Positions 34,191-42,990 of a DNA stretch of 64,000 nucleotides are shown in pieces. Below the pieces are notes generated by a model that was not told where the DNA came from, did not search any database, and saw only the letters and a program-made list of their open reading frames with translations. Position numbers and translations under genes: made by a program. Numbering within the stretch: the first letter of the stretch is position 1; each line of letters starts with the position of its first letter. Origin of the DNA: Candidatus Micrarchaeota archaeon (GTDB lineage: Archaea; Micrarchaeota; Micrarchaeia; Micrarchaeales; CABMGC01); contig JAJZKW010000002.1 of the NCBI GenBank assembly GCA_021803945.1, positions 1,734-65,733 of the forward strand, read 5' to 3'.

Positions 34191-35360
34191 CTAACTGGCA
34201 GTGGCTGAAGCCGTTGCGTATGCTCCCTCCTTGCCCACGACATTTATCCTGTACGTAGCTCCTGCCTTCGGAGTTGTCCTGAACGCTCCGTCGTTGTATG
34301 TCGCAGTTCCGCTGTATGTAATAGTCACTGTGGCACCAGGCCCTACTGTCATGCCGCCCTGTACCGACGAGCTTCCTGATACGAGCACCAACGCACCTCC
34401 AGATCCCACAGAGAAGGTCTGCATTCCGTAAGACTGCAGCCTGAGCCCTATGCCTGCAAGTACCTTGGCGGCAACGCTCAGGTTGCCATACGCCCTGCCT
34501 GACAATCCGCCTGTCAGGGCTGCGTTTACACTGCCGCTCAACGAAGCATTTGCCCTGGCAGATGACTGCGCAGCGACCGTCTGCTGGCCATACACATTAA
34601 CTGTGTTCAGGACAACGCTCTGGTTTCCGCTGTTCTGCACGACTATCGATACTGTTGTCGTGTTGCCGCTCGCGGCTATCGATGATGATACTATCCTGAC
34701 ATCCGGAGTTATATCAGCCAGGGCTGCCTTTGCGCCCGCGCTTAATGCAGTTGTCGCGCCTATGCTTGCGGCAGATTGGATGTTCACCCCGCTTACTACT
34801 GCTGCCTTTATTGCAGGTACCCTAATGAAAACCGTAGAATTTTGGCTGAATGCTGCCGACACCGTAGGTGTGTAGTCTATCAGCACTCCAGATGCAGCGT
34901 TTATGCTCTCGTTTCCCGATATGGACACAAGCACCTGCGGCTTAGAAACAGGCACAGAATATGTGGTCCCGTTTATTGTAATATTTACTGATGTTACATT
35001 GAACATTACCTGTCTTATGGCTGAACCTGCTTCCAGGTTGGCATAGCCCATCACCTGTGCACTATCCTGTATTGCCATGAGGTTTACACTGCCGCTTCCG
35101 ACAGCATTAACCCATCCTGAGCCTGAAGGATCGGTACTGTTGACTTTCATCGAGGTATAGGTGAATACCAGCGCAGACGTGCCGGAAGGGACCTGCGCAG
35201 GGTCGGTCATCATGACCGGTACCCTGACAACTGACCCTTTGCCCATGCTTGTGGTGTTTGAAGTGCCTGTTGAAGGGGCGGAAATGCCGCTCAGCGCCGC
35301 AAGCCCTATAACCAACAATGCGATTACCGCTATGCCTGCCATGATTCCTGCGTTTTTCAT
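34191..35360 (-). CDS. Secreted/anchored DUF4382-like protein with S/T/A/G-rich C-terminal half
   Basis: N-terminal signal/anchor GIMAGIAVIALLVIGLAAL. The stretch VPVMMTDPA...GWVN...VNLMAI...LEAGSAIRQVMFNVTSVNITINGTTYSVPV...VLIDYTP matches the DUF4382 pattern as I recall it. Confidence 0.55.
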   Translation of the reverse strand: MKNAGIMAGIAVIALLVIGLAALSGISAPSTGTSNTTSMGKGSVVRVPVMMTDPAQVPSGTSALVFTYTSMKVNSTDPSGSGWVNAVGSGSVNLMAIQDSAQVMGYANLEAGSAIRQVMFNVTSVNITINGTTYSVPVSKPQVLVSISGNESINAASGVLIDYTPTVSAAFSQNSTVFIRVPAIKAAVVSGVNIQSAASIGATTALSAGAKAALADITPDVRIVSSSIAASGNTTTVSIVVQNSGNQSVVLNTVNVYGQQTVAAQSSARANASLSGSVNAALTGGLSGRAYGNLSVAAKVLAGIGLRLQSYGMQTFSVGSGGALVLVSGSSSVQGGMTVGPGATVTITYSGTATYNDGAFRTTPKAGATYRINVVGKEGAYATASATAS

Positions 35361-35490
35361 GTATTCACTGTTTTATTAGGACCTTGTAAGCCTTAAATAT
35401 CTTCATATCCGTGCGCAGATCCAATCCGATAGCGGCGCAACCTTTTTAAATTTTTTCTTAGCATCTATTACTTGGACATGGTGCAGTCGC

Positions 35491-35685
35491 TTGAATAAGA
35501 GACAACGGCTAACAATCGCTGGAATTCTTATACTGATACCTTTTGCCGTGTACTTCGACGTGCCATTCTACAATGTGGTGAACCCAGAGCTTGGGGGCCT
35601 TCCATTCTTCTACTGGTTCCAGATGGCGATGCTTCCTGTATCCGCAGTCCTGTTCGTCATAGCAGCATTCCTGATTGATGGTTGA
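35491..35685 (+). CDS. DUF3311-like small membrane subunit of a solute:sodium symporter
   Basis: 64 aa with 2 TM helices and the PFYN...P.LGG.PFFYWFQ motif. TTG start. The stop overlaps or abuts the symporter start. Confidence 0.6.
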   Translation: MNKRQRLTIAGILILIPFAVYFDVPFYNVVNPELGGLPFFYWFQMAMLPVSAVLFVIAAFLIDG

Positions 35686-35690
35686 ATAAT

Positions 35691-37250
35691 ATGTTGGTCA
35701 GTGCACTTGGCATAGCAATTTTCCTGATACTCTTCTTAGCATTCGTATTTTTGGGATTCTACGGTTCAAGATGGCGGAAGGGAAACCTGAATACGCTCTC
35801 GGAATGGGGTCTTGCTGGCAGGAGGCTTGGACCGTACCTAAGCTGGTTCCTCATAGGGGCCGACGTCTTCACCGCATATACCTTCATAGCCGTGCCGTCC
35901 CTAGCCTATGCCGGAGGCTCTATGGCCTTCTTCGCAGTTCCATACGTGGCGATAGTCTTCGGGATAGCAATGCTCACAATGCCAAGGCTGTGGCAGGTGT
36001 CGAGGAATAAGGGATATGTTACGGCATCAGACTTCGTGAAGGCCAGGTTCAACAGCCGTTCATTGTCCATACTGATTGCTATAACAGCAGTGGTTGCCAC
36101 TCTCCCGTACATAGCGCTCCAGATAGCCGGGATGCAGGCTGTGCTTACAATAATACTATACGGTGTCGCCAGCGCAGGAACAGTATCAGAGATAGCCCTT
36201 ATAATATCATTCATAATACTTGCAGCATTCACATTCACAAGCGGCCTCAGGGGCGTAACCCTCGGATCGATATTCAAGGACATACTGATATTCCTTACAG
36301 TGATCGTAGTCATAGTGGCGGTCCTGCTTTCATACGGAGGGTTTACGCACTCGTTCGCATCAATCGCAAGCATAAAAGGTGCAACTGCATCCTCTCCATA
36401 TTCCACACTCCCGGCGGCCAGCGTACCGGCATTCTTCACCCTCTTTCTCGGAAGCGCATTCGCCCTTTACTTATATCCACACATAATAAACGGGAGCCTG
36501 GCAGCTAACTCGAAGAAGTCGCTCAGGAGGAGCCTTGCGATGCTGCCTATATATTCGATAGGCCTGGCCCTTCTCGCTCTATTCGGAATAGTCATATATG
36601 CGGTACCTAGCGCGCTTGCAATAGTGAAGGCCGCAGGCAACGGCCTGCTCACAGTCCCATCATTGATAGTGACTATCCTTCCAGGATGGCTCGCAGGGAT
36701 CTGCCTGCTCGGCATATTCGTAGGAGGCATGGTGCCTGCAGCGCTTATGGCTATAGCCGCAGCCAACCTGCTCTCAAGGAACGTAATAAAGGAGTTCAAG
36801 CCGGACATCACCCCGGCAGGGGAGACCAGAATAGCCAAGTGGCTCTCAGCTGCATTGAAGTTCATAGCGCTTGGATTCGTATTCGTGGCTCCGCTCACAT
36901 ACGCGATACAGCTACAGCTGCTAGGAGGCGTCATAATACTCCAGCTCCTGCCTGCAGTGTTCCTCGGCCTATTCATGAAGAAGCTCGACTGGAAGCCCCT
37001 GACTCTAGGATGGGCTGTAGGGCTTATAGTCGGAATATGGCTTGTCCTGCTTGCAAACCACTTCGGTGCGCTTGCAACGTCTGATTTCAAGACAAGCATA
37101 GGCCTCCTGTACATAGGCCTGATAGCGCTAGCTGCCAATCTTGCAGTATCCCTTGTAGGTTCTGCCCTGGTCGAGAGCATAGGCGCGAGGAGGAAGGGCC
37201 TCATAAAGGAAGCCGAGCTCCTGGGCGATGTAAAGGTCTCAAGGGCGTAA
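35691..37250 (+). CDS. Solute:sodium symporter (SSS) family transporter
   Basis: About 520 aa with 13-14 TM helices and an SSS-like N-terminus (GSRWRKGNLNTLSEWGLAGRRLG). TTG 35682 is an alternative start. Confidence 0.85.
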   Translation: MLVSALGIAIFLILFLAFVFLGFYGSRWRKGNLNTLSEWGLAGRRLGPYLSWFLIGADVFTAYTFIAVPSLAYAGGSMAFFAVPYVAIVFGIAMLTMPRLWQVSRNKGYVTASDFVKARFNSRSLSILIAITAVVATLPYIALQIAGMQAVLTIILYGVASAGTVSEIALIISFIILAAFTFTSGLRGVTLGSIFKDILIFLTVIVVIVAVLLSYGGFTHSFASIASIKGATASSPYSTLPAASVPAFFTLFLGSAFALYLYPHIINGSLAANSKKSLRRSLAMLPIYSIGLALLALFGIVIYAVPSALAIVKAAGNGLLTVPSLIVTILPGWLAGICLLGIFVGGMVPAALMAIAAANLLSRNVIKEFKPDITPAGETRIAKWLSAALKFIALGFVFVAPLTYAIQLQLLGGVIILQLLPAVFLGLFMKKLDWKPLTLGWAVGLIVGIWLVLLANHFGALATSDFKTSIGLLYIGLIALAANLAVSLVGSALVESIGARRKGLIKEAELLGDVKVSRA

Positions 37251-37291
37251 GCAGGCAACCGATCCCTAATGCTTCATTGCCGTTCCTGCGA

Positions 37292-38563
37292 TTAGACTGC
37301 CGATAGCCTCCTATACATCATACTGCATGCAAGCGTGAGCGCTCCTCCTACCACAAACGTAGGACCGAAGCCGTATGCCACTGCCAGCCATCCAGAGACA
37401 AGGGATCCAGTGAATGACCCTATGCCAATAAGGCTGCTGTATATCCCGATCGCGCTGCCCCTTCCCTTAGACCCGAGTGTCTTGAAGAGTATGGCATATG
37501 AGGTGGGGTAGTATATTGCGTATGCCACCCCTGAAGCCATGATGTAAAACAGGAAGTTGCCTGTAAAGAAGTCAAATCCCTTAAGGCTCACGAACGCAAT
37601 GCCTATGACTACATAGCTGAATCCCCTAAGCAGGAGCGCCAACCATGATGCAGCCTTTAGATTCAGGTTCTTTGTAAATTTGTCATAGTAATAAAAGGTC
37701 AGCGTCTGTATGACCATTGCAGATAGTACAACGAAGAAGATGGCGGATTCTGTCAGGCCGCCTATCTTCAACCCTACCGGATATTCAGTGTTGAATACCG
37801 AGCTCCCGAAGAAGAATATGAAAGATATTGCATAGAATGCTATGACCAGGTTCCTTTTGCCGCCCGCTATATCCCTGAATTCGAACCATTTCCTGATGTT
37901 CATCGGGTTAGGTATCCTGACCACCATATGCGGTATGCCTACAAGCCTGTACAGGAAATAATTCATGCTCTTATTTATCGAAACCCTTTTCCTAAGCGAG
38001 GCCGGTTCGCTTATGGTCCTGGCCGCGATCAATGCAGATGCCACAGACGCTACGGCAAGGACAACGATGAGCATTCCAAGACTCGCCACTCCAGTTATTG
38101 CCCATGCCACCACATATCCAACTGTAGCGCCAAGCGAGGCAAGGGTCTGCAGCAGGGAGAAACTGTGGGTCCATCCGTTCCTTTTCCCATTCTCCATTAT
38201 GAGGAGATTTATAGGAGCTCCTGTAGCTGCGTTAACAAACGATATCACTGCATAAAGGGCTATGACTCCGTATATGCTCTTTACGAAAAGCAGGCCAGCT
38301 ATGAGGATGCCTGTAAAGAAGTAGGGAAAGACTATCAGCGCCTTCCTCTTGTTGACTATGTCGGTTATGAATCCCCACAGGAATACTGCAGGTATGGATA
38401 TCATGCCTGAAAGCGTTATCGCATACGACACATCAAGTATCCCGCCTCCTAGCTTAAGTATGTACAATGTGACCAGGATGGAGAGCGGCCCGTATGCGAT
38501 GTTGGCGGGTATTACGGAAAGCATCCATAAGCTGCCCAATTTGTTATGATCTCCACGTCCCAT
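37292..38563 (-). CDS. MFS transporter
   Basis: 12-TM profile. ATG 38563 is preferred to TTG 38608. Confidence 0.72.
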   Translation of the reverse strand: MGRGDHNKLGSLWMLSVIPANIAYGPLSILVTLYILKLGGGILDVSYAITLSGMISIPAVFLWGFITDIVNKRKALIVFPYFFTGILIAGLLFVKSIYGVIALYAVISFVNAATGAPINLLIMENGKRNGWTHSFSLLQTLASLGATVGYVVAWAITGVASLGMLIVVLAVASVASALIAARTISEPASLRKRVSINKSMNYFLYRLVGIPHMVVRIPNPMNIRKWFEFRDIAGGKRNLVIAFYAISFIFFFGSSVFNTEYPVGLKIGGLTESAIFFVVLSAMVIQTLTFYYYDKFTKNLNLKAASWLALLLRGFSYVVIGIAFVSLKGFDFFTGNFLFYIMASGVAYAIYYPTSYAILFKTLGSKGRGSAIGIYSSLIGIGSFTGSLVSGWLAVAYGFGPTFVVGGALTLACSMMYRRLSAV

Positions 38564-38694
38564 AAAACCACACGACGAGTCCAATTGTTCCAATCTCCCT
38601 GTCAACAAGGCTTATTCATAGTCATTATAACCATTTGTAAATCAGGGCAAAACAAATCAGGGACGAAATTGTTAATATTGGGCAAATCCAGGTC

Positions 38695-39390
38695 TTACTT
38701 GTACACGAACTCAACTGTTACCTGCTCCAAGACTCCCTCCCTCCCGCTGAAGAAGAGGGGATTCTGCTCCGGTCCGGAATTTACTCCTGCAGAATAAGCC
38801 GCAGGGTATGCTGGATACACGTATCCTTTCGACACAGTCATGTTCCTTATTGAGACAGCGTTGCTGCCGGCAGCCACCTGTGCCTGCAGCGTCGCATTCT
38901 GTATCGCGAGGCTGAGCGCAGACTGCATGAGCTGCTCTGACTGCTTGCTTGACAGCGAAGACGAAGTCTGCGTCACATAAACATTCTGTATAAGCGAGAG
39001 CGCCCCGAGTATCGAGCTCACATTGGATATCTGCGGCACAGATATTGACACTGCCTCTGATGCCTCGTACTTGCTGCTGTTATACACGCGCTGCAGGGAA
39101 TAGGACTGTGTTGATATGCTGCTTGAGTTATTGCCAATGTATTTCGCAACGGTAAAATTGAATCTGCTGATGGTAAGGCTAAGGTTTGCCGTGGCTATAG
39201 CCGCATTGCTTCCAGTGCCGTTCATCCTTACATATATTGTGGCCACCTGCGGGTATCCGTACGAGATTCCGGATGCGCTTACAGTAAGATGTGTCAATCC
39301 CTGGCCTCCTGGAAGGCCATTTGGATAAAGTATGCCTGCCATAAGGACAGACGCCATAGCGAGTATTGCGACCAACGTAAGCATTATCAA
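38695..39390 (-). CDS. SIMPL/DUF541-like secreted protein
   Basis: N-terminal anchor followed by a two-lobed alpha/beta pattern, ending QVTVEFVYK. Recognised only loosely. Confidence 0.5.
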   Translation of the reverse strand: MIMLTLVAILAMASVLMAGILYPNGLPGGQGLTHLTVSASGISYGYPQVATIYVRMNGTGSNAAIATANLSLTISRFNFTVAKYIGNNSSSISTQSYSLQRVYNSSKYEASEAVSISVPQISNVSSILGALSLIQNVYVTQTSSSLSSKQSEQLMQSALSLAIQNATLQAQVAAGSNAVSIRNMTVSKGYVYPAYPAAYSAGVNSGPEQNPLFFSGREGVLEQVTVEFVYK

Positions 39391-39485
39391 TATGGTCTCT
39401 GTTTTTATGCAAACACCAATATAGTATATTTAGAAAAGAATATAAATCAAATTCAGGCCTCCCCCTGTCTGCGTGTCATGCGGTA

Positions 39486-40205
39486 TCATATCGGCGTGGC
39501 TCCGATGAAATGGCCTATGAGGTATCCTGCAAACCCTGCCACGAGCCCTATCACAACCATCTGGATGCCATTGTGCCATATCGACCCTATGGTGGTCTTC
39601 GCTTCGTAGCATCCTATCAGGAACAGGGTAATGCCGCTGAGCACCACCGCTCCAGCAGCCCCCGCAAGCATATTGTTCGTCAGGAATATGAATGGAATCA
39701 ATGGTATTGCAGAGCCTATTACAGTAGCCAGGATGACCGTTGTGAAGCTCCTTAAAGGCGCAGATTTGTCAACAGGGGAGAGCTTCAGCTCGAAGGCCAT
39801 CATGAATTCCAGCCAGGCCTTCGGGTTCGAGCATATCATATCTGTCAGCTTCTTGAGCCGCTTGCCCTTATATCCCCATTCCTCCAATACCTCATTGACC
39901 TCTTTCCTTTCGACATTAGGTATCTCCTTCATCTCCCTCTTCTCCTGCTCCACCTCCTTGAGGTACAACCTGCGCCTTGACATTGTGGACGTATACGCCA
40001 CTGCCCCCATTGATATGGATTCCGCGCTCAGGGCAGCAAGGGCGGCTACGAAAAGTATGCGTATGTCCGCTGTGGCAGCCGACACCCCGAGTATGATCCC
40101 GAGAACGTTGACGATCCCGTCCTGGCTGCCCAGTATGAAGTCGGAAAGGAATGTGGGGTGTGCATGCGGTTCAGAATGCTCCTGCTTGATCTTGTAGTCA
40201 GCCAA
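39486..40205 (-). CDS. VIT1/CCC1-family iron (manganese) transporter
   Basis: FILGSQDGIVNVLGIILGV signature, a cytosolic helical insert, and C-terminal TM helices. Confidence 0.85.
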   Translation of the reverse strand: MADYKIKQEHSEPHAHPTFLSDFILGSQDGIVNVLGIILGVSAATADIRILFVAALAALSAESISMGAVAYTSTMSRRRLYLKEVEQEKREMKEIPNVERKEVNEVLEEWGYKGKRLKKLTDMICSNPKAWLEFMMAFELKLSPVDKSAPLRSFTTVILATVIGSAIPLIPFIFLTNNMLAGAAGAVVLSGITLFLIGCYEAKTTIGSIWHNGIQMVVIGLVAGFAGYLIGHFIGATPI

Positions 40206-40257
40206 ATCAACACCCCATGCCAGTAGCCAAAGCAGGCATTATACAACGCTTGCCATT

Positions 40258-40277
40258 CTGCATAATTATTTATGCAG
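40258..40277. promoter_or_regulatory. Perfect palindrome CTGCATAA-TTAT-TTATGCAG in the VIT1 / PLD-like divergent intergenic region
   Basis: Read directly. It has 8-bp arms and a 4-nt spacer, centred about 30 nt upstream of ATG 40297, so it overlaps the expected TATA position. Confidence 0.4.
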
Positions 40278-40296
40278 GTGCAATGTATTTTAATAT

Positions 40297-40857
40297 ATGT
40301 TGGGATGGAAGAGGCAGCACAATACCTACTATTACGGCAGTGGCGCATACAAGTATGTTGACGACCTCATCTCCAGAAAAGGGGACATCCTGATAGTCTC
40401 GCCTTACATAGACAGGTACTATGCAGAGCTGATACTCAAGAAATCGCATGTCAGCAGGTTCTACGTGATATCGTCGTCAATTGATGAGCGCGCTTTGGAC
40501 ATTCTGAAGGGCAGATCCAGCCCATTGCGATTTATAGGATACCTTGCGCTATCTGCAATAATGCTCTGGCTCGCCATTTTCATAGGGCTAAAATGGCCGT
40601 ATCTTCTGATATCAATAGCGCCGATGGCGATCTGGGCCTTCAAGCATCTTGGCAGGCGCCCTAAGATAGCCCTGAAGGTCCCCAGGCAGTTCGTGCACGC
40701 AAAGATGTATATCTCAGCAGGCATGGCCATAACCGGATCTGCCAACCTGACTTATAGCGGGACCCACAGGAATGCAGAGCATATAAATGTAATATACGAT
40801 GCAGACGACATCTCCAGGCTCAAGGACCAGTTCTGGGAGATATGGGGAGGGATCTAG
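40297..40857 (+). CDS. PLD/HKD-superfamily (Nuc-like) protein interrupted by a transmembrane hairpin
   Basis: HAKMYISAGMAITGSANLTYSG matches HxK...GSxN, but the usual Asp at +7 is Ala. The N-terminal ILIVSPYI strand is present. Two hydrophobic helices (YLALSAIMLWLAIFIGL, LLISIAPMAIWAF) sit between the two halves. Confidence 0.6.
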   Translation: MLGWKRQHNTYYYGSGAYKYVDDLISRKGDILIVSPYIDRYYAELILKKSHVSRFYVISSSIDERALDILKGRSSPLRFIGYLALSAIMLWLAIFIGLKWPYLLISIAPMAIWAFKHLGRRPKIALKVPRQFVHAKMYISAGMAITGSANLTYSGTHRNAEHINVIYDADDISRLKDQFWEIWGGI

Positions 40858-41750
40858 CTAACGCTGTTTACCCTGCCGGACGCAAATATCCTCGGGCTCT
40901 TCTCCTTCACCAGCATGAAGCCGTCGCCTTCAAGAACAGACAGCGGCTTCTCGAACGATATCGTTGCAGCATCCTTCTCAATCTGCTCAACTTTGCAGAC
41001 TGCATAGGAGAAGTTCGACACGAACACATACCTGCCCCCGGTCTCGACCTTCTCGTTTGCAAACGAGCTTACCTTCAATGCAGTTGCCACTGTCTTGGCC
41101 TTCTGGAACTTGGACTGCAGGAAAAGGTCACCCTTGTCTATCTGGTCGTACTCAAGCCCCTTTATGGCGAGCCCTACCCGTGTTCCGTATCCTGCTTCAG
41201 GGACATCCACATCCTGGCTCTGTATCGACTTGATTGTCAGCTGCTTCCCCGAGCTGTGATACATGATGTCATGCACCTTCACGGTGCCGCGCGTGACTAC
41301 CCCAAGCACAACAGTCCCTATCCCCTTCACAGGAAAGGCCCTGTCTATGTCTATCCTCGTATCTCCGCCATGCTGCTCCTTCCTCGACACTATCCTGTCA
41401 AGCAGGTCGGCCTTGCTGCAGACCTCTGCATCGCGGAACATGTTATTAGTTATTTTTGATATGTCATTGTCGTCCAGTATTATCACATGCTTTCCAAGCA
41501 GGGATGCGGCCACGATGACCTCGCCAAGCAGCTTATCCACAGATGCTGTGCTTATTGCTATCTGTCCTGCTATCAGCATCGTTTCCGCCATACTGTAATA
41601 CATCTTATCCTCCCTATTCACAGGCATGACTGCGACTATGGTGTCAGCGCCCAGTTTCCTGTTGAAGAACGCGATCCCCTCGTCCGATCCCTTCTTCCCT
41701 ATGAATGACGCAAGATTCTCGTCTACAGGTACCGATACTATGTAATTCAT
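40854..41750 (-). CDS. EF-Tu/SelB-like protein with degenerate GTPase domain
   Basis: Domain-2 beta-barrel PVKGIGTVVLGVVTRGTVKVHD...GTRVGLAIKGLEYDQIDKGDLF. The N-terminal region lacks P-loop, DxxG and NKxD motifs. Confidence 0.62.
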   Translation of the reverse strand: MNYIVSVPVDENLASFIGKKGSDEGIAFFNRKLGADTIVAVMPVNREDKMYYSMAETMLIAGQIAISTASVDKLLGEVIVAASLLGKHVIILDDNDISKITNNMFRDAEVCSKADLLDRIVSRKEQHGGDTRIDIDRAFPVKGIGTVVLGVVTRGTVKVHDIMYHSSGKQLTIKSIQSQDVDVPEAGYGTRVGLAIKGLEYDQIDKGDLFLQSKFQKAKTVATALKVSSFANEKVETGGRYVFVSNFSYAVCKVEQIEKDAATISFEKPLSVLEGDGFMLVKEKSPRIFASGRVNSVS

Positions 41751-41760
41751 GAAATCAAGT

Positions 41761-42441
41761 CTACGAAAACGTTATGTCAAGATCTCCTGCATAGCTGAAA
41801 TCCGGGCATTTCATATACAGGCTCACAATATAACTGTCTTTCCTGTCCGCCTTGATCGGCAGCTTCGGGTCTGTACTAACGATCTCGAAAGGCCTGCTTA
41901 CCTCTATCCTGCTCACTACGTCCCCCAGGGATACGACCTTGTACAACTGTATCTTCTCGCAGAAGAGCTGCGACTTCTGCATTGCCGATGTCACTGCCGA
42001 GTCCTCAAGCTCAACATCCCGGTCTTTATGGTGCAGGGTAACCTTCTTCAGGCTTATTGTTACATTGTTCGACGCCTCGTTGCCGAAGTTTATGGATAGA
42101 GGGCCTTCATAGGTCATATCAGGCGCCCTCACCTTTATCCTGAAAATCACCTTGGACATGAATCCAACCTCCACCGGCAGCTTCGGAGAGACGTCTACCA
42201 GCCTGAAAGGCTCAGCAACCGCTATTGCACTGACAACCATCTTGGGACCTTTCATGCCTTCAGGAAGCAGTCCGCTGCCCATCTTATTCTGGAATGGTAT
42301 ATCTATGTCAAATTCCGGCTTGCTGACATGCATTCCGTCAATCGCATGCGAATTCCCCATGAATTTCAGGTTTATACTCGTGACGGTTATGTTGGTTCCC
42401 GCCTTCTTCCTCCCAAATAACCTGCCTAGAATCGATACCAA
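41761..42441 (-). CDS. Hypothetical protein with two tandem Ig-like (PapD/MSP-like) repeats
   Basis: Internal duplication: EPFRLVDVSPKLPVEV...RAPDMTYEGPLSINF aligns with RPFEIVSTDPKLPIKA...KCPDFSYAGDLDITF. No signal peptide. Basic amphipathic N-terminus. Confidence 0.5.
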   Translation of the reverse strand: MVSILGRLFGRKKAGTNITVTSINLKFMGNSHAIDGMHVSKPEFDIDIPFQNKMGSGLLPEGMKGPKMVVSAIAVAEPFRLVDVSPKLPVEVGFMSKVIFRIKVRAPDMTYEGPLSINFGNEASNNVTISLKKVTLHHKDRDVELEDSAVTSAMQKSQLFCEKIQLYKVVSLGDVVSRIEVSRPFEIVSTDPKLPIKADRKDSYIVSLYMKCPDFSYAGDLDITFS

Positions 42442-42522
42442 TGGAACACCGTGAGACTTAGCAATACTATATGCATGTATAAGCTATATATTTTTTGGCT
42501 ACCAAACAGTATTGGTGTTATA

Positions 42523-42981
42523 TTGCTTGACCTCAATTCAAAAGCTCCGGATTTTAGCCTTGACGGCTCAGATGGCAAAAAACATACCCTCAGGGAATTT
42601 TCTGGCAAGTACCTCATCCTTTACTTCTACCCAAAGGACGACACGCCAGGCTGCACGACAGAGGCAAGGGGATTCAATGCAAAGCTTAACGATATAAACA
42701 AGCTCGGGGCAGTGGTTGTCGGGGTTAGCAGCGACAACATAGCTTCCCACTGTAGGTTCCAGTCCAAGTACAACCTTGAATTCCTTCTCCTGTCAGACCC
42801 TTCGCACGATGTGATAAAGGATTATGGCGCCTATGGCAACAGGGGGATATTCGGAATGGGCACGATGAGGACGACTGTCATAATCGACAAGACAGGCCAT
42901 GTAGCAAAGATATTTGAGAAGGTGAATCCGTCCGGCCATGAGGAAGAGATAATAAAGTTCATAAAAAGCCATCCGGAATAA
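42523..42981 (+). CDS. bcp: Thiol peroxidase Bcp (1-Cys/atypical 2-Cys peroxiredoxin)
   Basis: FYPKDDTPGCTTEA active site. TTG 42523 sits about 30 nt downstream of TATATATTTTTT. The track's upstream extension from 42451 has no homology-like content. Confidence 0.85.
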   Translation: MLDLNSKAPDFSLDGSDGKKHTLREFSGKYLILYFYPKDDTPGCTTEARGFNAKLNDINKLGAVVVGVSSDNIASHCRFQSKYNLEFLLLSDPSHDVIKDYGAYGNRGIFGMGTMRTTVIIDKTGHVAKIFEKVNPSGHEEEIIKFIKSHPE

Positions 42982-42990
42982 GGTCTTCAA

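Noticed and set aside
38639-38665. A 9-nt direct repeat AAATCAGGG, present twice in the MFS upstream region.
   Set aside because: It is short, has no dyad symmetry and has no obvious associated regulator. Evidence is insufficient.
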